NCBI GenBank assembly: GCA_035710515.1
Contig: DASTDE010000004.1
Location: forward strand, 403,434 to 467,433
Reading direction: 5' to 3'
Source: Candidatus Rubrimentiphilum sp.
GTDB taxonomy: Bacteria; Vulcanimicrobiota; Vulcanimicrobiia; Vulcanimicrobiales; Vulcanimicrobiaceae
DNA: 64,000 nucleotides
Below are positions 47,676 through 56,728 of this stretch, piece after piece (within the stretch, counting starts at the first letter, position 1; every line of letters begins with the position of its first letter). The notes below the pieces were generated by a model that was given only the letters and a program-made list of their open reading frames with translations, was not told where the DNA came from and ran no database searches. The translations under genes and the position numbers were made by a program.

Positions 47676-49012
47676 ACACCATTTGTGCGATCGCGACGCC
47701 GCCCGGCGTGGGCGCGATCGCGATCGTGCGCGTGAGCGGTCCGCAGGCGCGCGCCTTGGCAGCGCGCCTTTTTCGTTCACGCGGCGACCTGCAGCCGCAC
47801 GTCGCTACCTACGGCACCGTTGTGGATGAAAACGGCGCAACGCTCGACCGCGGCGTTGCGATCTTGGCGATCGCGCCGCACAGTTACACGGGCGAAGATA
47901 CGCTGGAACTGCAGATTCACGGATCGCCGATCGTCGCGCGCGAGCTCGTGCGCGCGCTGCTGGCGTGCGGCGCGCGCTACGCCACGGCCGGCGAGTTCAG
48001 CCGGCGCGCACTGCTCAACGGCAAGATGGATGCGCAAGAAGCTAGCGCGGTCGCGGATCTGATCGCGGCTGAATCGCGATCGGCCGCGCGCGCGGCCGCT
48101 GCCAACTTGGGCGGGGGCGTTGCCCGCGAAGTGCGTGCGTTGCGCGCGCGCGTTTCGGAAATACTCGAAGAACTTGCGGCGGCAATCGATTTTCCCGATG
48201 AAGTCGCCGACCCGGATCCGGTGAAGCTGCGCGCCGCGCTCGACGAGATTAGCAAAGCGCTGCGCGGGCTGCAGCGTGAGGGTGAAGCCGGGCGCTTGAT
48301 CCGCGAAGGCCTGGGCGTCGCGATCGTCGGTCCGCCCAACGCCGGCAAGTCGTCGCTGCTGAACGCGCTGCTCGGCGAAGAACGAGCCCTCGTTTCGGAG
48401 ATTGCGGGAACCACGCGCGACACGATCGAGGAATCGATCGCGGTGGACGGCGTGCAAGTGCGCTTGATCGATACGGCCGGCATCCGCGAGCACGCCGATC
48501 GTCTCGAGTCGGCCGGCATGGAACGGACGCGCCGCGCGCTCGCTGACGCGCAGCTCGCGATCGTCGTTCTGGACGGATCGCAGCCGCTCGACTCCGAGGC
48601 ACGCGGAATTCTCGCTCAAACCGAGGACCGGCCACGCGTCGTCTTCTGCAACAAGGCCGACCTCGGCGATGCCGGCGCGCGTGAACTCGACGGCCGGGCG
48701 GACGTCATCGGGTCCGTGTACGAGCACTCGACACTGGAGGCGCTGCGCCACGCGGTCTCGCGAGCCGGTTGGGGCGGCGATCTGCCGGACCTGGAGCGCC
48801 CGCACTTAGCTGCGCTCTTCGAACTCGACGCCGTGGCCGAGGCGCTCGAGGCGTGCGAGCGCGCGAGTGAGACGCTCGAGCGCGGCGACCCGCCGGACCT
48901 GATCGCCGGCGAACTTCAGCGCGCCTTCGCGGCGCTCGGTCATCTCTCGGGCGATGCCGCCAGTGAAGAGCTATTGACGCAAATATTCGCTCGCTTCTGT
49001 ATCGGGAAATAG
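47672..49012 (+). CDS. mnmE: tRNA modification GTPase MnmE
   Basis: G1 is GPPNAGKSSLLNAL, G3 is DTAGIRE, G4 is NKAD, and the C-terminus is FCIGK. The first canonical start is GTG 47708. The open frame upstream encodes the conserved N-terminus (I)DTICAIATPPGVGAIAIVRVSG, starting at ATA 47672, which overlaps the jag TAG. The 5' end is therefore uncertain (47672 or 47708). Confidence 0.88.
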   Translation: MDTICAIATPPGVGAIAIVRVSGPQARALAARLFRSRGDLQPHVATYGTVVDENGATLDRGVAILAIAPHSYTGEDTLELQIHGSPIVARELVRALLACGARYATAGEFSRRALLNGKMDAQEASAVADLIAAESRSAARAAAANLGGGVAREVRALRARVSEILEELAAAIDFPDEVADPDPVKLRAALDEISKALRGLQREGEAGRLIREGLGVAIVGPPNAGKSSLLNALLGEERALVSEIAGTTRDTIEESIAVDGVQVRLIDTAGIREHADRLESAGMERTRRALADAQLAIVVLDGSQPLDSEARGILAQTEDRPRVVFCNKADLGDAGARELDGRADVIGSVYEHSTLEALRHAVSRAGWGGDLPDLERPHLAALFELDAVAEALEACERASETLERGDPPDLIAGELQRAFAALGHLSGDAASEELLTQIFARFCIGK

Positions 49013-49037
49013 CAAGCGGGCGGCGAAGGCCGCTTGC

Positions 49038-49586
49038 ATGGTTGATGTACTTTCGCGTAACTGGTGGACGTTCTTAATCCGTGGCATCGCGTCGGTGATA
49101 TTCGGAATTCTGGCGCTGGCGATGCCGGGGATCGCGCTGGTCGTGCTCGTGCTGCTCTTCGGGGCCTACGCATTCGTCGATGGCGTCTTTGCGCTGGTCG
49201 GCGCGGTGCGTGCCGCGGAAGCGAAGGACCGCTGGGCGCACCTGCTCTTCGTCGGCATCTTCGGGATCCTGGTCGGCGTGATCACATTCTTCTACTGGCA
49301 GATCACGGCGTTCGCGCTGCTTTATCTCATCGCGGCGTGGGCCATCGTCACGGGCATTCTGGAGCTGGTCGGCGCGTTCGAGCTGCGGCGTTTCATGGCG
49401 GACGAGTTCTGGTGGTTGCTGGCCGGTTTGGCGTCGATTGCCTTCGGCGTGCTACTGATCTGGCGGCCGGGCAGCGGAGCGCTGGCGGTTGTCTGGACCA
49501 TCGGGATCTATGCGATCCTGTTCGGCGGTTTCCTGATCGGGCTGTCGTTCCGGTTGCGCAATCGCCTTCCGCACGGCGCGGGATAA
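49038..49586 (+). CDS. HdeD/DUF308-family membrane protein
   Basis: 182 aa with repeated TM hairpins. The segments WWTFLIRGIASVIFGILALAMPG and GILELVGAFELR are typical of DUF308. Confidence 0.7.
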   Translation: MVDVLSRNWWTFLIRGIASVIFGILALAMPGIALVVLVLLFGAYAFVDGVFALVGAVRAAEAKDRWAHLLFVGIFGILVGVITFFYWQITAFALLYLIAAWAIVTGILELVGAFELRRFMADEFWWLLAGLASIAFGVLLIWRPGSGALAVVWTIGIYAILFGGFLIGLSFRLRNRLPHGAG

Positions 49587-49591
49587 CGGAC

Positions 49592-49621
49592 TGACCTAAA
49601 GCCCGGACCGTCTGCTACAAT
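49592..49621 (+). promoter_or_regulatory. possible promoter of mnmG, giving a near-leaderless mRNA
   Basis: TGACCT (49592-49597), an 18-nt spacer, then TACAAT (49616-49621). The ATG at 49633 lies only 11 nt after the -10 element, and no SD lies between. Support is the hexamers only. Confidence 0.3.
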
Positions 49622-49632
49622 AGCGGGCGGTC

Positions 49633-51459
49633 ATGTCAGACGCGTTTCATTCGGACGATGCCGGCGTCATTATCGTCGGCGGCGGCCACGCGGGCGTGGA
49701 AGCCGCGCTTGCTTCCGCGCGTTTGGGCGTTTCAACGCTGCTCCTGACGGGGGATCCCGATCGCATCTGCACGCTGCCGTGTAATCCGTCGATCGGCGGG
49801 AGCGCCAAAGGCCAACTGGTGCGCGAAATCGACGCGCTGGGCGGCGAGATGGGGCGCATCATCGACCAATGCTCGGTGCATGCGCGTTTCCTGAACGAAT
49901 CGAAAGGCCCGGCCGTGCGCGCATTGCGTGCACAGGCCGATAAACCCGCGTACGCGCGTCTGGCGATCGAAACGTTGCGCGCGCAGCCGAATCTGCGCAT
50001 CGAACGCGCGATGGTTGAGTCGTTGATCGCGAGCGCCGGCGAAATTCGCGGCGTTGCATGCGCCGATGGATCGCGTTATTCTGCGCGGCGCGTTGTGCTA
50101 GCCACCGGCACGTTTCTTGGCGGCAAATCTTTTCGCGGTGACGTCGTGCAAGCCGAAGGCCGTTTCGGCGAACCGCCGGCGATTGGATTGGCGCACTCGC
50201 TGCGCGAGGTCGGCTTTCCGACGCAGCGCTTAAAGACCGGCACGCCGCCCCGGATCGATCGCAATAGCGTGAACGTCGATGCCATGCAAATGCAGGCCGC
50301 AAGCCCGATTCCATTGATGTTTTCGTACAATAGCGAGGTGCGCTTTGCCGGTCCGCAGCTGCCGTGCTATATCACGGAAACGAATGAGCGAACGCATCAA
50401 CTCGTGCGCGACAATCTGCATCTTTCGCCGCTGTACGGACTCGATTTAATCAAAGGAATCGGCCCGCGATATTGTCCATCGATCGAAGACAAGGTTGTGA
50501 AGTTCGCGCACAATCCGACGCATCAAATCTTTATCGAACCCGAAGGCTGGAACGAACCGACGTGGTACGTCGGCGGGTTTTCGACGTCGCTGCCTGCCGA
50601 AGTGCAGCTCGCGATGTTGCGTACGATGCCCGGGCTGGAAGACTGCAAGATGTTGCGCGCCGGTTATGCGGTCGAGTACGACATGGTTCCGCCGACCGAG
50701 TTGCGCGACACGCTCGAAACGCGCCGTTTGACCGGTCTGTATCATTGTGGGCAGCTGAACGGCACGTCCGGGTACGAAGAAGCTGCCGCGCAAGGGCTTA
50801 TTGCGGGCATAAACGCGGCGCGCGCCGCGCAAGGCCGCGATCAGTTGCGCTTGGCGCGCAGCCAAGCGTACATCGGCGTGCTCGTTGACGACCTCGTGAC
50901 CAAGGGCGTCGACGAACCGTACCGCATGCTCACGTCGCGCGCGGAGCATCGCATCGTGCTGCGCCACGATAACGCGGATCTGCGGCTAACGCCGGTCGGG
51001 CGCGAGCTCGGACTCGTTAACGACGCAGATTGGGCGCGCTTCGAACGGCGCCGCGATGCGCTGGCCCAAGCGCGCCGGCTCTCAGATTCCACGCGCATCG
51101 GCGTATCTACAATCTCGGATCTTCTGCGGCGCCCGGCCATTCAGTTCGGCGACGTCGCGTCGACTTTGGCGGAGGTCGAGCCGGCCATCGGCGAGCGGCT
51201 GGCCATCGAAGTAAAATGCGAAGGCTACGTGCGGCGCCAGGAGATCGCGATCGAAAAAGCCGCCCGGACCGAAGGCGCTGCCATGCCGGACGAGATCGAT
51301 TACGCCGCGATCGTCGCGCTGTCGCGCGAGGCCCGCGAGAAGCTGACCGCGCAGCGTCCCGCCACGCTCGGTGCCGCGTCACGGGTTCCCGGCGTGACCC
51401 CGGCCGATATAGCAATCCTCAGCCTCTACGCCAACGGCGCCACGCTCGCTCCGGCGTGA
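49633..51459 (+). CDS. mnmG: tRNA uridine 5-carboxymethylaminomethyl modification enzyme MnmG (GidA)
   Basis: 608 aa. The FAD-binding motif is [14 protein letters not shown]. Further motifs are [18 protein letters not shown] and [16 protein letters not shown]. Confidence 0.95.
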   Translation: MSDAFHSDDAGVIIVGGGHAGVEAALASARLGVSTLLLTGDPDRICTLPCNPSIGGSAKGQLVREIDALGGEMGRIIDQCSVHARFLNESKGPAVRALRAQADKPAYARLAIETLRAQPNLRIERAMVESLIASAGEIRGVACADGSRYSARRVVLATGTFLGGKSFRGDVVQAEGRFGEPPAIGLAHSLREVGFPTQRLKTGTPPRIDRNSVNVDAMQMQAASPIPLMFSYNSEVRFAGPQLPCYITETNERTHQLVRDNLHLSPLYGLDLIKGIGPRYCPSIEDKVVKFAHNPTHQIFIEPEGWNEPTWYVGGFSTSLPAEVQLAMLRTMPGLEDCKMLRAGYAVEYDMVPPTELRDTLETRRLTGLYHCGQLNGTSGYEEAAAQGLIAGINAARAAQGRDQLRLARSQAYIGVLVDDLVTKGVDEPYRMLTSRAEHRIVLRHDNADLRLTPVGRELGLVNDADWARFERRRDALAQARRLSDSTRIGVSTISDLLRRPAIQFGDVASTLAEVEPAIGERLAIEVKCEGYVRRQEIAIEKAARTEGAAMPDEIDYAAIVALSREAREKLTAQRPATLGAASRVPGVTPADIAILSLYANGATLAPA

Positions 51460-52175
51460 GCCCGGAAACTGAACGCGCCGAGGCTTTGCTAGCCGCCGGC
51501 GGTGCATCGCCTGAACACGTACCGCGGCTCGCCCAGTACGCGGCTCTGGTCCTGGACGCGAATCGAAAATTCAATCTGACCGGCGCGCGCACGATCGACG
51601 AGTTCGTGCCGCATATCCTCGATAGTCTGACCGTCGTTCCGTATATTCGCACGCCCTATGTGGACGTCGGTAGCGGCGGCGGACTGCCCGGAATACCGGT
51701 AGCGATCGTTACGGGCGCGCGCACGCTGCTAGTCGAGGCGACTGCCAAAAAAGCCGCTTTCCTTCGCGAGGCGATCTCCGCCCTCGGGATCGACGCGGAG
51801 GTTGCCACCGCGCGAGCGGAGGACGCTGGCCGCAAACCCGAGCTTCGCCAGCAGTTCGTGACCGCGACTGCCCGTGCCGTCGCTACCGCTCCGACGGCCT
51901 TGGAACTCACGGCCCCGCTGCTGGCGGTGGGCGGCGTCGCAATACTCCAGCGAGGATCCATGGACGTGACCGAGCGGACGGCGCTGGAAGGGGCCGCGCT
52001 GATGCTGGGCTGCGTGGTTGATGCCGAAGTGGCCCTGGAGGGAGAGCGGCGCCTGATCCTCGTCCGGAAGACCTCGGCGACCCCCGAGCGGTTCCCCCGG
52101 CGGGCGGGCATTCCGGAAAAGCGACCCCTCTGCAGCTTAAATGTTCCCCGGGGAACCTTGGGTGCTATTATCTGA
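51456..52175 (+). CDS. rsmG: 16S rRNA (guanine527-N7)-methyltransferase RsmG (GidB)
   Basis: GTG 51456 forms a GTGA overlap with the mnmG stop. The SAM motif is [15 protein letters not shown], preceded by [19 protein letters not shown]. The track ORF start (51030) lies inside mnmG in another frame. Confidence 0.88.
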   Translation: MSPETERAEALLAAGGASPEHVPRLAQYAALVLDANRKFNLTGARTIDEFVPHILDSLTVVPYIRTPYVDVGSGGGLPGIPVAIVTGARTLLVEATAKKAAFLREAISALGIDAEVATARAEDAGRKPELRQQFVTATARAVATAPTALELTAPLLAVGGVAILQRGSMDVTERTALEGAALMLGCVVDAEVALEGERRLILVRKTSATPERFPRRAGIPEKRPLCSLNVPRGTLGAII

Positions 52176-52263
52176 CCTAGAATGGATAAGCGCTCGCGCT
52201 GGTTCCCGACATGGGCAATCCTGTTGCTCGCGATTGGTCTTTGGTTTGCCATCGTCGTAGGGT

Positions 52264-53706
52264 TTGAAGTCGCTGCCATACTCAGCGGCCGGATCTAGGG
52301 CGATCAGTCCCTTGTCACGGCTCGCGCCCCTGGAAATAGACCGAACCCTCGCCGAGGCGCTCCCGGCGGGATCGCTTTATGCCGTCGGCGGTCGGGTCCG
52401 CGACGAGCTCCGTCGCGAGATCGAGGGAGCCAAAATCGACCGCAAAGACCTGGACTACGTCGTGACCGGCCTGCCCGTCGCGGACCTCAAGAAGCGCCTT
52501 CAGGCGCTGGGCCGCGTGGACGAGGTCGGCGCCGCGTTCGCGGTGCTGAAGGTAACCATCAAAGGCAATACGGTGGATATCGCCCTGCCAAGGCGCGAGC
52601 GCTCGGTTGGTACCGGCCATCGCGAATTCGAGATCGAGAGCGGCCCCGACATTTCGTTGGATGAGGATCTCGGCCGCCGCGACTTCCGCATGAACATGAT
52701 CGCGCGTGCGCTGCCGTCCGGTGAGATCGTCGATCCGCACGGCGGCGAAGCCGACATTCGCGCGCGCCGCATCGACATTCTGAGCGATCACAGCTTTGAA
52801 GAAGATCCGTTGCGTATGCTGCGCGCCGCGCAGTTTGCAGCGCGATTTAATTACGAACCGACGGCACGCGCGCGTGAAGCAATGGCGAAAGCCGCGCCGC
52901 TCATCGCAACGGTTTCGGCCGAACGCATGGCGGACGAGCTCGCGAAGCTGTTCGTGCTCGCCGAACGCCCGTCGATCGGCGTTGAATTACTGCGCGAAAC
53001 CGGCGTGCTCGCGCACTTCTGGCCCGAGCTGCTCGAAGGCGTGGACGTCGAGCAGAATCAATGGCACGCGTACGATGTCTACCGACATACCCTCGCGACG
53101 CTCGACGCCTCGCCGCCGGGCGATTTGGTGGTGCGTTTGGCCGCGCTTTTGCACGACGTCGGCAAGCCTCGGACCAAGGACGGCCCGCATTTTTACCGCC
53201 ACGAGCAGGTCGGCGCTGAAATGGCGCGCGAGATGCTTGCCCGCTTGCGCTTTTCGAACGACGTCATCGAAAACGTCGAGCATTTGGTGCGCCAGCACAT
53301 GTACGTCGGCGATCCTGAGCTCTCGGATCCCGCCTTGCGGCGGCTGATCCGGCGCATCGGGCCCGCCAATTTGGATCGCCAGTTTGCCGTGCGCGCGGCG
53401 GATATCGCCGGCAGCGGATTGCCAAAACGCGACGACTCCAACGAGCGGTTTCAAGCCCGCGCATACGCCGAAGTGGCGCGCAAACCGCCGTTTTCGATCG
53501 CCGATCTGCGCATCGGCGGAAAAGACGTTATCGACTCGATGGTACGCAAAGGCCTGGCGCAGCCGGGATTTGCCGGCGATGCGCGCGTCGGCGAGACCTT
53601 GCGCGAGCTCTTCGAGCAGGTCACCGAACAGCCCGAGCGTAACGAGCCGGGCACGCTGCAAACGCTGCTGGAAGCGTATTTGGACGCTCGCCGCCATGCA
53701 AGTTAA
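52264..53706 (+). CDS. cca: CCA-adding tRNA nucleotidyltransferase with HD domain
   Basis: Motifs are YAVGGRVRDEL, DLDYVV, RRDFRMNMIA and the HD domain LLHDVGKP. The start is uncertain. TTG 52264 is the longest option, while TTG 52312 (MSRLAPLEIDRTL...) would avoid overlap with a small upstream ORF. Confidence 0.8.
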   Translation: MKSLPYSAAGSRAISPLSRLAPLEIDRTLAEALPAGSLYAVGGRVRDELRREIEGAKIDRKDLDYVVTGLPVADLKKRLQALGRVDEVGAAFAVLKVTIKGNTVDIALPRRERSVGTGHREFEIESGPDISLDEDLGRRDFRMNMIARALPSGEIVDPHGGEADIRARRIDILSDHSFEEDPLRMLRAAQFAARFNYEPTARAREAMAKAAPLIATVSAERMADELAKLFVLAERPSIGVELLRETGVLAHFWPELLEGVDVEQNQWHAYDVYRHTLATLDASPPGDLVVRLAALLHDVGKPRTKDGPHFYRHEQVGAEMAREMLARLRFSNDVIENVEHLVRQHMYVGDPELSDPALRRLIRRIGPANLDRQFAVRAADIAGSGLPKRDDSNERFQARAYAEVARKPPFSIADLRIGGKDVIDSMVRKGLAQPGFAGDARVGETLRELFEQVTEQPERNEPGTLQTLLEAYLDARRHAS

Positions 53707-54496
53707 GGAGTCCCACCTGTCGCGGATCATCGCACTCGTCAATCAAAAGGGCGGTGTCGGCAAGAGTACGACGACAGTGAATCTCGGTGCGGCCCTGGCG
53801 GTGCTCGGAAAGCGCGTGCTGGTGGTCGATCTCGATCCGCAGGGCAACACGACCACGGGCCTGGGCATCAATAAAGCTGCAATAAAACGCGACGTGTACG
53901 ATCTGCTCATGCACTTTGCGTCGATCGACGAAGTGCTGTGCGACACCGAGATTCCGGGCCTGCAGATCATTCCGGCCACGATCAATCTGGCCGGTGCGGA
54001 GATCGAATTGGTCTCGGCACTCTCGCGCGAAAACCGGCTCAAGGGCGTGGTCAGCTCGATTGCGGGCGCTTACGATTTCGTGCTGATAGATTGTCCGCCG
54101 TCGCTCGGATTGCTGACCATTAACGCGCTGACGGCCACCCGCGAAATCATCATTCCGGTGCAAGCGGAGTACTATGCGTTGGAGGGTTTATCGCAGCTCA
54201 CCAACGTGGTGCGCCGCGTGCAGGAAGCCCTCAATCCGGATCTGCTGATCACGGGCGTACTCGTCACGATGTTCGATGGCCGCACGAAGCTGGCGACCGA
54301 AGTACTCGAAGAACTCAACGCATACTTTCCGCAGCAAATGCTCAAAACGCAGATCCCGCGCAACATCAGGCTTTCGGAAGCGCCGTCGTACGGCAAACCC
54401 GTAATCTTGTTCGATTTGAAGTCGCGCGGCGCGCAAGCGTACATGGCGCTGGCAAGTGAGATCATGGCGGCCGACTCCAGCGCGGTGGCGCGATGA
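53696..54496 (+). CDS. parA: chromosome partitioning ATPase ParA/Soj
   Basis: The deviant Walker A is NQKGGVGKSTT, with VLVVDLDPQGN and IDCPPSLG following. ATG 53696 is the canonical start. An in-frame CTG at 53717 sits 6 nt after a perfect AAGGAG. Confidence 0.9.
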   Translation: MQVKESHLSRIIALVNQKGGVGKSTTTVNLGAALAVLGKRVLVVDLDPQGNTTTGLGINKAAIKRDVYDLLMHFASIDEVLCDTEIPGLQIIPATINLAGAEIELVSALSRENRLKGVVSSIAGAYDFVLIDCPPSLGLLTINALTATREIIIPVQAEYYALEGLSQLTNVVRRVQEALNPDLLITGVLVTMFDGRTKLATEVLEELNAYFPQQMLKTQIPRNIRLSEAPSYGKPVILFDLKSRGAQAYMALASEIMAADSSAVAR

Positions 54497-55359
54497 GCAG
54501 CGCGCCGAAGCGCGGTTTGGGCCGCGGGCTGGGCGCATTGCTCGGCGACGCGCGCGCCACGGCGGCGCCCGCCTCGATGGCCGAAGGCATCCGCGAAATT
54601 CCGATCGATCGCATCCGCCCCAATCCGCATCAGCCCCGCAAACGCTTCGACGAAGAAGGCTTGGGCGAGTTGCAGGCGTCGATCGCGGAGCATGGCGTGC
54701 TCGTCCCGATCCTGGTACGCGAACGCGGCGACGGCTACGAACTGATCGCCGGCGAGCGCCGCTGGCGGGCCTGCGCGGGCTTGCAGCGCGCCAACATTCC
54801 GGCGATCGTGCGGCGCAGCGACGATCGCGAAAGTTTGGAAGTCGCCATCGTCGAGAACTTGCAGCGCGAAGATCTCAACGCGTTGGAAGAAGCCGCCGGC
54901 ATCTCGGACCTCATCGAGTCGCATAATTATACGCAGGAGCAAGTGGCAAAACGGCTGGGAAAGAGCCGCCCGACGGTCACCAACGCGTTGCGCATTCTCA
55001 CGCTCTCCGAGCCGATCAAAGCGTTGATTGCGGACGGCCAAGTGAGTGCCGGCCACGCCAAAGCGCTCTTGGGCGCTCCCGAAAACACGCGGCTGCAGCT
55101 GGCGCGCCGGATCGCAAGCGACGGGTTAAGCGTGCGCGCTCTGGAAAAAATCGTCGCGCGTTTGCAAGCCCCGCCCGCAGCGAAACCGGCGGCGCGGCAT
55201 GTGTCGCCGGACGATCGCGACTTCGAGGATCGCTTGCGGCGCCGGTTGGGCGCGCGAGTGGCGCTGCGCAGGTCCGGTCAGGGCGGCGCGATCGAGATTC
55301 GCTACGCCGACGAAACCGATCTGATGCGCATCGCGGAGTTGTTGCTCGGATCAGAATAG
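54493..55359 (+). CDS. parB: chromosome partitioning protein ParB/Spo0J
   Basis: Motifs are RGLGRGLGALL, NPHQPRKRFDEEGLGELQASI, GVLVPILVR, IAGERRWRA and the HTH region TQEQVAKRLGKSRPTVTN. Confidence 0.92.
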   Translation: MSSAPKRGLGRGLGALLGDARATAAPASMAEGIREIPIDRIRPNPHQPRKRFDEEGLGELQASIAEHGVLVPILVRERGDGYELIAGERRWRACAGLQRANIPAIVRRSDDRESLEVAIVENLQREDLNALEEAAGISDLIESHNYTQEQVAKRLGKSRPTVTNALRILTLSEPIKALIADGQVSAGHAKALLGAPENTRLQLARRIASDGLSVRALEKIVARLQAPPAAKPAARHVSPDDRDFEDRLRRRLGARVALRRSGQGGAIEIRYADETDLMRIAELLLGSE

Positions 55360-55364
55360 AACGC

Positions 55365-55970
55365 TTGCGCGGCATCTATGCGATCCTCAACGAGGAACGC
55401 GGCATACTCGAACTGGCGCGCGCGATTTTGGATGGCGGCGTGCGCATCGTGCAATACCGCGCAAAGAGCGGCGTCGTGAAGGAGCACGCTTCGGATCTGC
55501 GGCTCCTGACACGCAGCCGGAACGCGCTCTTCATTATAAATGATGATTGGCGCGCAGTTCAGAGCTTCGACGCCGACGGCGTGCACTTGGGCCCAGACGA
55601 TGCGAGCGTCGAGCAGATCGCCACGATCCGTACGAACCTGGTCGATCGCTTGATCGGCCTGTCATGCGGCACAGCGGAAGAAGCGCAAGCCGCGCAGGCT
55701 GCCGGCGCCGACTACGCGGGCGTCGGCTCGGTGTTCGCAACCGGCTCGAAGAGCGACGCCGGAGCGCCGATCGGCATCGAAGGATTGAAACGGGTGGCCG
55801 CCGCGACAACGCTCCCGGTCGCGGCGATCGGCGGAATCAATCTGCAGAATCTGCCCGCGGTCCGGGCGACCGGCGTCGCGATGGCCGCGATGATTTCGGC
55901 GTTTTCAAGCGCCGCCGATCCGGCCGCCGCCGCGGCTGAACTGGTCCGGATATGGGAGTCCGCGCCGTGA
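55365..55970 (+). CDS. thiE: thiamine-phosphate synthase
   Basis: 201 aa. Motifs are IVQYRAK, FIINDDWR, DGVHLGPDD, YAGVGSVFATGSK and PVAAIGGI. TTG start. Confidence 0.85.
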   Translation: MRGIYAILNEERGILELARAILDGGVRIVQYRAKSGVVKEHASDLRLLTRSRNALFIINDDWRAVQSFDADGVHLGPDDASVEQIATIRTNLVDRLIGLSCGTAEEAQAAQAAGADYAGVGSVFATGSKSDAGAPIGIEGLKRVAAATTLPVAAIGGINLQNLPAVRATGVAMAAMISAFSSAADPAAAAAELVRIWESAP

Positions 55971-56728
55971 GCGCGATCGTCGCGTCGATCGGGGCTACGC
56001 ATCCCTGGAACATTGCCGGCGTCGGCCTCGATGCACGCGTCGCCGCCGAATACGGCCTGCAGCACGTCGTTGCCGTGGCCGGCGTGACCGCGCAGGATGC
56101 ACTCCAGGTGCGCGCAGTGCTTCCAATGCCGGGGCGCGTCGTGCAAGCGCAGCTCGACTCACTTCCGCCGGAGATCGCCGCCTTTCGAATCGGCGCGCTG
56201 ATCTCCAGCGAAAACATTCGGATCGTCAGCGATTTCCTGGCGTCGCGCGATCGCACGCCTATCGTCGTCGACCCGGTGCTCGGCGCTTCGACCGGCGAAG
56301 TGCTCTGGACCAACGCCTCCTACCTTGATGACTTGCGCGGGCGGTTGCTGCGCTTGCCGGTCGTCGTCACGCCGAATCTGGACGAAGTTGCGCTCCTGTT
56401 GCATCTGAAACCGGTGCACGATCTGGAGACCATGCTGCAGGCGGCGCGCGATCTCGTCGAAAACGGCGCGTGGGCCGCTTTGGTCAAGGGCGGTCATCTT
56501 GCCGGAGATCCCGCCGATGTCTTAGCAACGGCGTCGGAGACGAAAGTCTTCGAAGGCACGCGCTTGGCGGGAAATATGCGCGGCACCGGGTGCGTTCTGG
56601 CCATGTCGCTGGCCTGCGAACTTGCACTCGGCCGGGAGTTGGCGGACGCGATCGAAAACGCGCGCGCGTACGTGCGCAAAAAAATTGCAGCAGGGACGCG
56701 CTTCGGTTCACTGCAAACCGCCTTCTGA
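55952..56728 (+). CDS. thiD: hydroxymethylpyrimidine/phosphomethylpyrimidine kinase-like (ThiD, PfkB fold)
   Basis: 258 aa. Motifs are PIVVDPVL, VVTPNLDE, VKGGHL and GTGCVLAMSLACELALG. The N-terminal motif is divergent (GATHPWNIAGVGLD instead of GSDSGGGAGIQAD). GTG 55967 is an alternative start (GTGA overlap with the thiE stop). Confidence 0.72.
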   Translation: MGVRAVSAIVASIGATHPWNIAGVGLDARVAAEYGLQHVVAVAGVTAQDALQVRAVLPMPGRVVQAQLDSLPPEIAAFRIGALISSENIRIVSDFLASRDRTPIVVDPVLGASTGEVLWTNASYLDDLRGRLLRLPVVVTPNLDEVALLLHLKPVHDLETMLQAARDLVENGAWAALVKGGHLAGDPADVLATASETKVFEGTRLAGNMRGTGCVLAMSLACELALGRELADAIENARAYVRKKIAAGTRFGSLQTAF

